Below, one piece after another: positions 1 through 13,087 of a DNA stretch of 64,000 nucleotides; within the stretch, counting starts at the first letter, position 1; every line of letters starts with the position of its first letter. This DNA comes from Nemertoderma westbladi (Eukaryota; Animalia; Xenacoelomorpha), in the NCBI GenBank assembly GCA_032718475.1, contig JAUCBJ010002727.1:32427-96426 (forward strand). Direction: 5' to 3'. The notes beneath the pieces were generated by a model. It was not told the origin of the DNA and did not search any database. It saw only the letters and a list, made by a program, of their open reading frames with translations. Position numbers and translations under genes: made by a program.

Positions 1-1642
1 CTATCAACTCCGTCATATCTGCTATCTGAGTTTATAAATATCAAATGAGTTTATATTTAGGCGAGCGGGCGTCGCTGCCTACTTCTCTTTGCCCCCGGAC
101 AGTGGGATTCTCAGCGCCGATGTACCGTCGTCGCGGTGTTTACGCCAACATGTAGCAACATCACGACAACGATAACCGGCACAAGTCACTCCACTGTCCG
201 TCCCAAAGGCTTGAATCCACTTTAGGTTCTTTCTATAGGAGAGTTGGGCTACTTTCACAATTGCGACTAGCTACTGTAAACACACCTTAGCAGTAACATT
301 CACCTATAAACGCACAAATTCCACACAACTGTCACCAATTGTACACATACAGGCCATTTGTCCGTTAGTCAGTGCCTTCCAGAATGTCACGTTATTACTG
401 TGTATCCTTGGATACTAACAGTGTGCTATATTCTCTATGCGATGCAATGGGACAAGCTTTCTGTTGTTCTTTTAACTTATTTCTAATTCTAGCGTGGGTG
501 TTGCTATGGTGACATTATGGAATGCTAGCGGTAGAATTAGGGTAATTCTCATGCATACAGATCTGGGATGCTATTTAATAATAATTCTTTAATTGTCAAT
601 ATTCTCTTTATGCATGATTTTATTAATTTTATCGGCTATTGACTATATGTTGGAGATTCTCGCACTCTAATACAGTCAATAGGATGAATCTCCGCTCCCA
701 TGATCTATTAATTAATGGAATTTTGGGAATATTATAAATTGTACAAAATGACAATTTATGAAATTCATTTTAAAATATGAATTTAAATTTATTCCCGTGA
801 ATTTTATTATTTGATGTTAAAATTGACACAATTTGATTCCAGAGCAGGTCTGGGGACATAGGATCCTTAATTCTATGAAATTTGTCTTTTAAGAGTATCG
901 GTAAGTGCTACAATACCTTAATTGACTAGAAATTTAAAGGATCTGAATTTTACAGATTTTACTAAATATTAAATTAATATTTAAGATGGGCACCGATTTA
1001 TTCCAGAGCTTGTCTGGGGACGTTAACCACTGATTCTAGAATTTGCCTTTCAAGTATATCGGTGGGTGCCACGATATCTTAATCGACTAGAATTACAGAT
1101 GGTCAAAAAGTTTAACAGATTTATTTGCGTTTTACGCTACTGTTATATGGACATCACGCTACTATATGTATTATTTAATATAAGGTAGAAGAGCAATATC
1201 GCACGAAGCAATGTCAGTGTGAAGAGGCAAGTCGTTTCCAAGGTCTACCCAGAGCTTGGTTTAGCCGAGACACGAGGATCTGAATTTTGCATTCCTAATA
1301 CTCTGCCTACCAATAATACTTGAATATAGTAGTGGCTTTATTGTACTTTAATAAGTACGGACATTTCATCTTACTGTAGTCACGTATTTATAATATGATA
1401 CGGACAGTAAGGAAAGAGAAAAAATAATTATTTCTCGCCGTCGCACTAAATATATTATAAGTAATTACGTACGTAATAAACACTAATATATTGCACTAAT
1501 CTACTAAATAATCACTAAAATAACATTCTACTAAATAAAATTAAAGAAAACGATTATAATAAAATTACATAATAATACATACATAAATATAAAATAAAAA
1601 CAAATATAAAATGATATAGTCACACGCCCACTCCATATGTTA

Positions 1643-4600
1643 TTACGTTATAGAGTCCCTAGATATTTGTTGGATTAGGGAAGTGGTCGTAGGAAGAGTA
1701 TCTTGCCTTCCATAGTTTCCGGACAGTTTTCGGTCTCTTTCCAGTAAACATAAACGACCAGCTGGGCGATTGAGTTGTTGTGTTACTTTCTCCGCTCCCT
1801 TGGCCTGTCTAATCTCCACCGGGGTAAGATGAGGAGGCCATTCTTCTTCTTCTTTACTTAAGAAGTCGGATCCACCTAACCAGCCTGGAGTATCTATTAG
1901 TTCTTGAGGAGTTGCTCCTCTGGAAACGATGTCGGCTGGATTAATCGTCCCAAGGCAATGTCTCCATTGATCTATATTGGAGTTAATATCGTCATTATCT
2001 GAGGAGTATGGTGTTCCCTCAGTTGGATCGTCTACATCACTGCTCTCCACTTCCCATTCCTTTACTTGGTATACCTGTTGTTGAGGTAATCTCTCTTTGA
2101 GAGTTCTACGGGAAGGGCCAGTGAAGTACCAACCTACTCTAGTTCTTACCGCATAGGTTTGCAGTGGCTGCGGTTGAGCAGGCCGTTTCTCCAATGTCTC
2201 GAGCGCCTCATGCGCGTTTTGGCCGATGAGTATTTGCACTCCAGGATAATCTGTTTGGAATCGAGGTACCTTAAGATGTTGGATGCTCTCATCTTCGTCC
2301 CAATTATATAGGTCTGCTTGAGTAGTAGCGAAGTTCTTTATAGCCACCATTTTTACCGACCTGATACCTTGTGATCCTGATTTATCCTGGGGAGTGGACA
2401 ACACACCTACATAGTAATCTGCCGCTAGGGTAGATTTCCAAACCTGCATGATTCCTGACATATTCAACTTAGTTCGGAATTTGGGTTGTCCAGCAAAGAT
2501 GTCCTCGGCTAGTTCTTGATCGATGAATGTTCCTGTACTGCCGGAGTCAAGGAGGGCATTCACTATGTAACTTTTGTTAGGACCCTGAACTCTTACCTGC
2601 ACTACAGGAAATTCTCTGATTCCTACGTTGGAAGTTGAAGGTTTCCAGGATGGTTGTCTGTCAAAGTTAGTTGGGGAGAACTCATTGTCGGTGTCCTTTT
2701 CGTAAGTAAGTGCTCGATACACTGCGGTATTTATTAGGTAACAGGATTCGTTGGCGTCGGAGAATTCGTCCGTATAGAATCCTTCCCACTCAGAACTTTG
2801 GTCAGTGTCGTTCACATCACTGAATTGGACATGTGATTTGGGCTCACTTACCTGACTCGGGCTGTTTCGTTCGAATTCCGTGTGCAACAAGCTATGATGT
2901 TCCGCGCCGCACTTAGCACACCTTGCGTCAGAGTAACAGGTTCGCCGCTGGTGTCCGCGTCTGAGACAGTTATAGCATAACCGCTTATCCCACATGACTT
3001 CACGTCTGTCTACCAGGGATTTCTTTAGGAATTCCGCACACGCACTCAAACGGTGGGGCCCATCGCACAGCGCACATTTTGGTTTAATGTTACTCACTTT
3101 ACCTTGGGTAACGTTATGCACTCTCGTTCTTTCTTCGGGCTTTCTTCCGTGTACTCTGTTAGGAGACTGAGGAGGAGTCTTAGCAACCTGTTCTCTCCTG
3201 TCATGGGTTCGAGCTTTAGATTTACTTACGTCCTTTGAGGTCTTGTTAACATAGTAAAATTTCTCGGTGTCTTTCCCGCTGTCTTCTTCTTCAGAAGCTT
3301 GGCTTTCGCCGTCATCAGTATAACACACCGGTGTTACTCTTCTCCTAGAAACGGGTTTCTCACTTACCTTATTTTCCGATGTTTTCTCCCTGGACTGTTT
3401 TATAAGTTGTAGTTTTACTTCACCGTCTAAGAAGGACATAAGATCAGCCATGGTAGGTCCCCGTCTTTGTTGCTCATTCATATACAATACCTTCTTGTCC
3501 CAGCGTGTACTGTACATACTCCACCCTTTGGTAAAGTAGAGACAATGGCTCCAATAACCATGGAACTCTGGTATTCATGAGACTTACCTAACCAATCCAA
3601 TTGTCTGCAGATCTCCTGGATCTCATCGGAAAACTCTATGATCCCGCTACTAAGGAACTTTCGGGGGGCTACTAATTTCGCATACAAATACTTAGCTATG
3701 TTATCCTTATTACCATACCTGATGTTTAATGTATCCCAGACTTGTCTTAATCCATCTGGATGTCCAATAAACTTTAACGCCATTAACTTGGGAGGTCCTT
3801 CCAAACATTTGATGAGGAATCTCAGTTTCTCTCCGTTAGATAGTACAGAGTTCTGTATGCTATCTTTGTAATATTCGTTGAAAGGTAACCATTTCATCTC
3901 ATCTCCATTGAATTTGACGATCTCTCCCACTTTGACCGCTTGGCGGGCTTCTGTTCTAGCCATCTGACGCGTAAAGCTTTCTTGGGCCATCGTGTTATTT
4001 AATATCGAATTATCGGTATATAAAGTTCTCGGATCATTATCAGGTCTATAGGGAATATCATTAATAACAGGTCTATAATCACCCTTAATAGGGTTTGCTA
4101 TAGGAGTTTCAACTTCACTAGCAGTATAGATGCGTGTAGGCTCCACACCTTGCGCATGTAATACTTCAGACCTAACAGGTTGACACAATGTTACAGGGGG
4201 TATTGGTATGCCCTTTTGTATATTGACTAATTTGTCGCGTTCTAGCGCGATACTTTGCTGCACCTTTTGCAACTCTAACCTACTTTCCCTTACTGTTCCC
4301 TTGAGCTGCTGGACAGTCTCTTCCATTTCCCGGACCTGCTGAGAGGAGCACAAACAGTGTTCCCTCAGCTGCTCGAGCAGGAGACCCATCTCCCGTCGTC
4401 CCTCAGCTACCCACTCAACCGCCGAAGCGGGAGTCGCCAACGTAGTAGCGGGCGAGCGAGAGACGACGGGCGATAAATTCTTGATATCTCGCTCGGCGTC
4501 CAGGACGGGTTCGGACTCGGGAACAGTCCTACTGGGCACAGGTAGTTTAGTACTGTACAAAGGGAATTTATAGGCAGGTTCTGGGAGTACAGGTGTCTCT

Positions 4601-4845
4601 ATCTTTCTTTCCGCTTCTACTGTTGCCATTGCCTCTGCCGCCTTTCTTTCCGCTTCTGCTGTTGCCATTGTCTCTGCCACCTTTCTTTCCGCTTCTGCTG
4701 TTGCCATTGCCTCTGCCACCTTTCTTTTCGCCTTTGATGTTGCCATTGCCTCTGCCATCTTCCTTTCAAGACCCTGTCCAAGTCTAAGACTCATTCTAAC
4801 ACCTTCCAAAAGACTATCTGACAGTGCCCGTTTTGTGTCAGACAT
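1643..4845 (-). pseudogene. Shortened Gag-protease polyprotein of copy A; RT, most of RNase H and the integrase core are deleted; one frameshift near 3515
   Basis: ORFs 3478-4845 and 1643-3517 carry the BEL Gag core (KFNGDEMKWLPF), three zinc knuckles (CALCDGPHRLSAC, CYNCLRRGHQRRTC, CAKCGAEHHSLLH) and protease LLDSGS. The frame then jumps to DQWRHC..NPADIVSRG and to QQLNRPAGRLCLLE. The frameshift is a 5-bp GTACA duplication relative to B. Confidence 0.88.
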
Positions 4846-6926
4846 GTTTGTTTGTACAGTTGAATGCCTACTGCTATATTACAGTTAAAGCAAGTCTAGT
4901 AATTCAGTATCACTGTTAGCCTAGTAATTAATTACCGATACTGCTACTCAGTGTAGCGTGAAATATATATAATATATTAGAATACCGGTATGCTTATAGT
5001 ATATATATAAGTATTATTACAGACTAGATTTGTCACAGAGTACCGGTATATAATTTTAGCGCAAATATATATAAATATATAATAGGCCTATCGTGAATAC
5101 CGGTATGCAGCTTACACTTATAGTATATATAAGTATAATTATGGACTAGAATTAATTACAGAGTACCGGTATGATTTCAGCTCAAATTTATAGAAATAAA
5201 TATAATAAGCCTATGGTAAATACTGGTATGTCAATTATTTTAGAATAATTGAATTTCTGAATATTTTAGGGTTACTTGGTTACTTTAACTTACTTTATTA
5301 CCGTTATTTAAGCAGTAATCCAACTGATATTGAGACCTAGTTGTTGTATGGCAGGCCTACTATTTATAAATCGTTTGAGTTGATTTATAATATTTATATA
5401 CCCGTTTAAAATGGGTTTTGTCAATATTTGAAATAAATGTTATTATTTCTGGGGGGAGTCACTACACAGAAGCTGTGCGCTCTCAGTGAAGTGCTATTTA
5501 TTGGACACTAAAAACTGATAATTCTAATTTACCTAAGTTACTTAATACTACAAATTACATACAATTCGGGGTGAGATTACAATCTCTAAATAAACACAAC
5601 AAAAATATTACGTACGAATTTTTAGGGTAATTTTACAGGAAGTCTACAAACCAGTCTAACAAAGGGTTAGATTTCTGGTTATTACAACTGACAGGGTACT
5701 ACGGTATTTGAAATAATAAGTAGTAGTAAATATATTGCACTGTCCAGATAGGAAAATACCACCGCCTGACGACCTATAACCGTATCGCTATAGGTACTAC
5801 GTTATGTATTACGGAGTGTTCCTACCTGTTAATTACAGCGGACTACCAGATCCAGCGTGCCTATTAACCACTTTACAACACAAATATACTGCCTACACAC
5901 TAATTACCTCGGAAAGCACTGTACACTAAACCCTAAATTAGATACAAGTACTGGTACAACAAATAATCAGTAGTTAAATATACTTGAACAGTTAAAAGAA
6001 CCACGGCATCTGCTGGAGTGACTGGAGCACAAAGTCACCAGTCTTTACCTACGCCTAGCAGCCCGTGTAGTACCGGGGTTAATTTAACTATAACGGTATG
6101 TGTAACAAACACAATTACTGTAGGAATAAACTTGGGGACATGAATGTTGCGAATAATCGCATAAACTCTGAATAATAAATATTACGCTACCCGTACAGAA
6201 TACTCAAACAAAATACAGACCAAATGCTGGCAGACTACCACCAAGCCTAAATAAACTACTGTATGTGCAGATTCCAAAACGGTTAGTTAGTATGCGTTCT
6301 AACACGGTAGTACGACTTATTCTTTAAGAGGGGATTGACCTTACAGTTATGACTGCCCCAACTTACTAACTGGCACTTTATCAGACAAACTCTACACAAG
6401 CAGCAATCTCTTCAGACCTAATAATAGCTAGACAACAATCTAGCCTACAAAATATCTGAGTAATAACTATTACGGTACCTGAACAGACCACACAAACAAA
6501 CACAGGCCAAAACACTGGCAGAATACTGTCAAGCCTAAATAAACTACAGTATGTGCAGATTCCAAAATTGTTAGTTAGTATGCGTTCTAACACGGTAGTA
6601 CGACTTATTCTTTAAGAGGGGATTGACCTTACAGCGATGGCTGCCCCAACTTACTAACTGGCACTCTATCGGACAAACCCTACACACGCAGTAATCTCTC
6701 CAAACCCAACAACAATCCGACAACAGTCCGGCCTACAGTTATCCGAACAATCTGAGCAGACTTACACGTCTTCAGCTCAATATTAACTTACTAGGAAATA
6801 AAACTGACAGAAATAAGTAAACTATACAAAGGAATGAGGGGTGATCAATCCCTATTCCCCTGGCAGCCTACAATATACTATAGATCACAATCGAAATAAT
6901 ACTAATGTACTTCTGTACTTATACTG

Positions 6927-7056
6927 GAAGTACCGGTTAGAACAGTTGGGCCTACAGACCTACAGAAGTACCGGTTCTGATAGTTGGACCTACGGACCTA
7001 CAGCAGTACCGGTTCTGGCAGTTGGGCCTACTGACCTACAGAAGTACCGGTTCAGG
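6927..7056. repeat. 38-bp tandem repeat (~3.4 copies) in the leader of copy A
   Basis: GAAGTACCGGTT...GGGCCTACAGACCTACA units start at about 6927, 6965, 7003 and 7041. Confidence 0.85.
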
Positions 7057-7162
7057 TTTACTGGTTGACCGGTACTTTCAACTTTATTGCTTACTGCAAT
7101 AAAGTCAATGACTGTTATTGTACGCGCTTTTGAAGACCTTTAGCAGTTTAACCTGCCAAAAT

Positions 7163-8367
7163 TTATATGTCTTTTGATTTATAAATATACTTTAGAAGAT
7201 GACAAATATTTAATACCAATAAACAAAACATTAGCAGAAGCCAGCCTAGTGCGCGTCCATTCACCCGCTGGATAATCCCGGGAGGCTGGATTCTGTCGGC
7301 TTAGATTATTATTGCAGTGAAGCTTACGGTATTGTATTATTCGATTGATCGTTAATAATTAATTTCTGACTAATATTATTCACTTTCGGGAAATATTAAC
7401 AGTTCCTTTTAGGACGTGGCGCTCTATCTAAGTAAACAGAGATATGACTTATACTAATCACAACGGTAAGTCGGTAAGGCTTATGATTCACGTATGAGGC
7501 GCATTCTTTAGGAAATGCTTAGTTATCAGCCACAATCATGCACACCACCGGTAACGCACAATACTGCTCACTAATTTGCCGACCGTCAATGAATTTTATC
7601 ATATATAAAGAGAATAGCAACGGACTCATGTAGGGCTTATCAAATAGCATTAAATTCAATACACACCACAATAATATAAGTCGCAATCGCTATATATATA
7701 ACCCGCCTCTCTAACCTGTAGTGTATCAAGAAAATTGGGAAATTTGGGTTCTTTATAAATGTTCTCCAAATAATATTCAATCCACTGATATAAGATATGA
7801 CAACAGTAAAACATTAAGACGGTAGGTTAAGATATGATATGCACTGATATGGACCGATATGTGAGTTGTTATGAACCGATAACAGTCATACGCTCTATAA
7901 TCTTAAGCCTACTAATGTTTCTTTCTAGAGCCGTTGTTTCTGGCTTAGACAGCAATAACAACAAAGTATCAGTAAAAAACTGTAAGACTGAACAATCCCA
8001 GTATGATCGGCTCAAAGCTCCACATCGACAGAGAGAATCGCTCTGATTGGCTGAAGCCAAACAAAGAACCATGCGTCCAATGGCTGTTTCCATTTAAGCA
8101 ACCAGCTGCTAGATGTCGTAATCTGAATCATCACGGCTAAGCTGTGTAAAAGTATTTGCCGTATTGCGGGTTTTTTGCCTTACCATGTCCGCTAAAACAC
8201 GTATATAGCAGAATGACTTTTATGTCCGTTAAAACACCTGTAACGGTACCTTGAGGGCGAGGGGAATATATATACAGTTAGGGAACCTTTTTAGAGTATT
8301 CCAGCGCCTGGGGGGAAACTGGATTGCGAAGCAAAGGGGCCAGTTATATCCCACAGAAGCTTTTACA
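7163..8367 (-). repeat. 5' LTR of copy A (~1.2 kb)
   Basis: Starts TGTAAAAGC; shares CCAATCAGAGCG and the R/U5 blocks (GAGCGCCACGTCCTAAA, CCAGCGGGTGAATG) with the B and C LTRs. The inner end is inferred by analogy. Confidence 0.85.
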
Positions 8368-9275
8368 CGAACTACAAATAAACAGTGGTTGGTAGGCCTA
8401 CACGTGCAGTTGATACGTCGAAATCGAACTACAAATAAACACATACAGACATAGTTTTCCTGTTTTCCTATTGATGATGATTATTTAATATACCGGCAAC
8501 CGGTACACCCCCATCTGCCCATTGACACCCCCTGAACCAAGCAGGGTTCAGGGTAGTCTTCAGTTTTATCGCGTTCGATGGTGGATAGTCTAGAGTCTCG
8601 ACAGTTCGACACTTGAGGTCGAACTTGTCTGCACCCACCTGCACATCAGGCTGCAGCTGCAACCTGTCTTGCTGCTATGTACTGTACTCGTACCACGTAC
8701 TGCTGTACTGCTGTAAAGTTAAAGACTGAAACAAGGTAGCAGTACAGCAGTAGGGCTGTTTACATAATCTCGTTTGAATTTCCCTCCCATTCATTGGCGG
8801 TTGTATCCCCACCTCACTCTTACATGAAATTGAGAAGACAACGTAAAGTAAAAGTAAAAGTAAATTTTCTTCGGCGACTTATTTTCAGTGCGGTCCCCCC
8901 CAGAACTATACTCCCCAGAGCAAACTCCAGTACTCATTTAGCTACCACTTAAGGCAGAGAAGCGCCATGGCTGGTCCCTTTTACCCATTGGTTTATTCTC
9001 GGCTCTCAGAACGGAGAATGCCATGAATTATCGGGTCGAGAATTGCGTGTTCTATTGGGACGGCGCCGCGAAGTTTGGTGGATCCTGAGTTCCTGACAAT
9101 ATATTAAATATCATTAAACACCATTTTCCGTTCTAGTTTCAGAGTTTAAGTACAACGAACATTGCAGTGCCTTGCTTATCATTTAATTTACCTGCGTGTA
9201 ATACGCTAATAAACTAATACACCCTAATAGGCCCTACTGCCTAATGCTGTAAAACTAATTCAACAGGACAGCAGG

Positions 9276-10061
9276 ATGCAAACGCAGAAATTAATCCAAC
9301 ATATTGTCCAATGGCTGTCAGATTATTTGACCAGGTCGGGTCAAAAAGGTTTCGCAGTCGGTGTCTCAGGGGGTATAGACTCCGCAGTTACGTCATCATT
9401 GTGTGCGAGAACCGGTAAACCAGTCTACTGTCTGGAGATGCCAATACACCAAGCTCCGGACCAGGTATCCCGGGCAACCAACCACGTAGACGCGCTGCAG
9501 AAGAAACATTCTAACGTACAACGAATAAAAGTCGATCTAACCGAAACTTTCGATAACTTCTGTAAAGCCTTTAGCGTCGATAAAACGGCGATAAACGCCG
9601 GTATCGCATTGGCTAACTCCCAATCGCGACTACGTATGACGACGTTGTACTGCGCGGCAGGAATGCATCAACTATTAGTGGCGGGAACCGGGAATAAAGT
9701 GGAGGATTTCGGCGTCGGATTCTTTACTAAGTACGGCGACGGCGGGGTGGATTTATCCCCTATAGCAGATTTAATGAAGAGCGAGGTTTACGAGTTGGGG
9801 ACGGCGTTGGGAGTTAGCGAGGCGATTCTGTCGGCTGTTCCAACCGACGGGTTGTGGGAGGACAACAGATCGGATGAGGACCAGATAGGGGCCTCCTACC
9901 CCGAGTTGGAATGGGCCATGAGGAACCATGAACTCCTGGCCGACGCGGATATAAGTGACAGACAGCGGGTTGTTATGGCGATATTTAGGCGTCACAATGC
10001 CGCCGCCCAACATAAGATGAATCCAATACCGGTTTGCGAGATTCCGCCGGAACTGAAGTGA
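9276..10061 (+). CDS. nadE: NH3-dependent NAD(+) synthetase, single-domain bacterial type, intronless
   Basis: 261 aa with the PP-loop GVSGGIDSAV plus SRLRMTTLY, GTGNKVEDFGVGFFTKYGDGGVD, PIADLMKSEV, PTDGL, DEDQIGASY and C-terminal QHKMNPIP. There is no N-terminal glutaminase domain. Confidence 0.96.
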   Translation: MQTQKLIQHIVQWLSDYLTRSGQKGFAVGVSGGIDSAVTSSLCARTGKPVYCLEMPIHQAPDQVSRATNHVDALQKKHSNVQRIKVDLTETFDNFCKAFSVDKTAINAGIALANSQSRLRMTTLYCAAGMHQLLVAGTGNKVEDFGVGFFTKYGDGGVDLSPIADLMKSEVYELGTALGVSEAILSAVPTDGLWEDNRSDEDQIGASYPELEWAMRNHELLADADISDRQRVVMAIFRRHNAAAQHKMNPIPVCEIPPELK

Positions 10062-10714
10062 TAGTTGGTTCTTAATATGCTAAATGGGTTAATATAATAT
10101 GCTAAATGGGTTAATATAAGCTCTACGAGCTAATAGAAACTCAATGTTCTAATACTGTATAAGCTAAATGCTACAGTATAAACTAAAAAAGCAACTTCCA
10201 AATTTCCAATCACCCCCAATAACCTAAAAGGTTTTCTTTGTGACTTCCAATCTACTGTACAGAATGGAATACAAGTTGTGGACCCTTCGCGCATCACGGA
10301 AGCCTATAAAAGAAAGTGTACTAATCTCTATTAGATATACGAAAACCGTCATTCCCCAAATATTAAATGAGTGATGCTTTGAGTTTTTGTTAAACTGGTT
10401 GTAAAAACAGAGGTCCATTTCAGTTTGCCCTTACACGCTTTAACTGTCATTTGTAAACCTACACAGTAGGGCTATTTAAGTTAAGTATGACATTTTTTGT
10501 TTTACAATACTCGTCTCCTTCATTAGCCTCGTTGCGCTCGTCATGTTTGGTTTCAAAATATTTTTCCTAAACGGAGACTGACGAACTTTATAACTATGTA
10601 ACTTTTCAAAAATGTGAGAGTACGGCAGATGGATACTCGTATCCATTGCAAAACTCATTGCGTTCGTTCTCTACAACCTGGTCACCAAATATACCTTACA
10701 ACATATACCGGTAT

Positions 10715-10868
10715 CATACCTTTCCAAAGAACATGTGTACCAAATTTGGTTAGATTTCATCGAGGATTGGCTGAGTTATTAACGTTTAAAAACACGGACC
10801 TACAGAACGACAGACACAAAGATCGAGATAGTGGTACCCGTACGCTAAGCTCGTGGCTCGCCCCACTA
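10715..10868. repeat. Dispersed repeat end, possibly a non-autonomous Helitron/Helentron-like element; second copy at ~54234-54400
   Basis: ACATGTGTACCAA.TTTGG.TAGATTTCATCGAGGATTGGCTGAGTTATTAACGTTTAAAA ... TACGCTAAG ... CGTGGCTCGCCCCAC occurs at both sites. The family assignment is tentative. Confidence 0.6.
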
Positions 10869-11316
10869 TAGTAACAACTAAATGTAAATAACTATTACAA
10901 TAACTATTGATTCTAGTTTATTAGAAACTGCGGTGCAATCAAGGCGTTACGCTATCATTATAAATACAATGTGTATGAAAGCATCGGTTCAGATATTTGT
11001 TAATCATGTTCATTTAATACTGGAATATTATATTTAGTTAGGTTAGGTTGATGACCATATTTTAGTGTGTTATTAGTTTGGAATGTTTGTCTTTACGAAT
11101 AAAAGTGGCGGTGAAAAATACAATTTTATTTAAAAGTAATAATTATGTGATAAACACAAATTTAATTCCCATGGCTCACTTAGTCGCATAAATCAAAAGG
11201 CTACCGAGCCTGTAATTTATTACACAAATTAACATCAATCATTGGCGCTACTAGTTTTCATCTTGTTTGAATACGTTATTTTTGACAATGAAACAGATTC
11301 CATCCGCTGTCCCCGC

Positions 11317-12497
11317 CATCCCCTGTCTGCTGTTTGTCCAGCTGCATCCATCGCATTCCCTGTCTGCTGTTTGTCCAGCTGCATCCCTCGCCATCCCCTG
11401 TCTGCTGTTTTTCCAGCTGCATCCTTCGGCATCCCCTGTCTGCTGTTTGTCCAGCTGCATCCATCGGCATCCCCTGTCTGCTGTTTGTCCAGCTGCATCC
11501 CTCGCCATCCCGTGTCTGCTGTTCGTCCAGCTGCATCCCTCGCCATCCCCTGTCTACTGTTTGCTCAGCTGCATCCATCGCATTCCCTGTCTGCTGTTTG
11601 TCCTGCTGCATCCCTCACCATCCCCTGTCTGCTGTTTGTCCAGCTGCATCCATCGCCACCCCCATTCTGCTGTTTGTCCAGCTGCATCCATCGCCAACCC
11701 CTGTATGCTGTTTGTCCAGCTGCATCCCTCGCCATCCCCGGTCTAATGTTTGCTCAGCTGCATCCATCGCATTTCCTGTCTGCTGTTTGTCCTGCTGCAT
11801 CCCTCACCATCCCCTGTCTGCTGTTTGTCCAGCTGCATCCATCGCCACCCCCATTCTGCTGTTTTTCCAGCTGCATCCTTCGGCATCCCCTGTCTGCTGT
11901 TTGCCCAGCTGCATCCATCGGCATCCCCTGTCTGCTGTTTGTCCAGCTGCATCCCTCGCCATCCCGTGTCTGCTGTTCGTCCAGCTGCATCCCTCGCCGT
12001 CCCCTGTCTACTGTTTGCTCAGCCGCATCCATCGCATTCCCTGTCTGCTGTTTGTCCTGCTGCATCCCTCACCACCCCCTGTCTGCTGTTTGTCCAGCTG
12101 CATCCATCGCCACCCCCATTCTGCTGTTTGTCCAGCTGCATCCATCGGCAACCCCTGTATGCTGTTTGTCCAGCTGCATCCCTCGCCATCCCGTGTCTGC
12201 TGTTCGTCCAGCTGCATCCCTCGCCATCCCCTGTCTACTGTTTGTCCAGCCTCATCCATCGGCATCCCTTGTCTTCTGTTTGCCCAGCTGCATCCCTCGG
12301 CATCCCCTGTCTGCTGTTTGCCCAGCTGTATCCATCGGCATCCCCTGTCTGCTGTTTGCCCAGCTGCATTCCTCGCATCCCCTGTCTGCTGTTTGTCCAG
12401 CTGCATCCATGGGCATTCCCTGTCTGCTGTTTGCCCAGCTTCATCCTTCGGCCCCCTGAGTGCTGTTTGCCCAGCTGCATTCAACGGCATCCCCTGT
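11317..12497. repeat. 38-bp minisatellite, ~31 copies, with higher-order structure
   Basis: Unit CATCCCCTGTCTGCTGTTTGTCCAGCTGCATCC(C/A)TCGC with 37-bp variants and no spacers. Confidence 0.95.
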
Positions 12498-13087
12498 CAT
12501 TCCTTTAACTCATTCAATAGAAAAGAATCAACAACATTATTATCATTCCTTTTACATTATTTTCACTGCAAATTTTGCTTATTGAATTCGTACAATGTAA
12601 ATTTATACCTATGCATCTGTAATGAAACTTTGTTCATTAATATAGGTTGAACCGTGTTATGGTACATACATACTCTTACAACCTTGGTTATTACCTTTCA
12701 ACTTTCAATCACCCCCCCCCCCCCCCTCCCCGCATATTACAAACCCCATACAGTCTGGGTACACAGCATTCTTAATATGTAATATATATATATAATGCAG
12801 CTGCAATGCAGCATGCCGATCCTAGTAGTAGTAGGGTACTGGCAATGTAATTCAACCTGAATTAAGAAACAATAAGAGATCACCAGTTGTGATAAGGAAC
12901 TCAGTGCTGAGACCGTTTGGGAATACACCACTTAAAAACCCCATGCGATATCGGCACTCATTCACTTATTGATTTTCTTTTCTATATACATTTATGTTTA
13001 ATCAATTACATCAACGATCCTTGTACCAATATGGTGTGCAACTGAGAGTTTGTAACTGAGAGTCTGTTTACTTTGGTAGAATAATTG

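Larger units (their letters stand above)
1..8367 (-). mobile_element. BEL/Pao LTR retrotransposon copy A, internally deleted (Gag-protease only); 3' part lies outside the window
   Basis: The minus strand is colinear with copies B and C: LTR starting TGTAAAAGCTT at 8367, TTTGGCAGGTTAAACTGCTAAAGG after the LTR, leader, gag, protease, pol C-terminal tail, spacer, and the ORF2 start ATGACGGAGTTGATAG at 16-1. Confidence 0.92.

Noticed and set aside
8965-9024. Y RNA or HDV-like ribozyme suggested by GGCTGGTCC
   Set aside because: The complementary 3' stem of Y RNA and the HDV nested pseudoknot could not be built.
11317-12497. CRISPR-like array (repeat length 37-38 bp)
   Set aside because: Units are contiguous with no unique spacers, there are no cas genes, and the context is eukaryotic.
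11235-12650. Long Cys/Pro-rich ORFs (405, 438, 252 aa) and antisense ORFs
   Set aside because: Artefacts of a stop-free 38-bp repeat. The unit is not a multiple of 3 and the same peptides appear in all frames.
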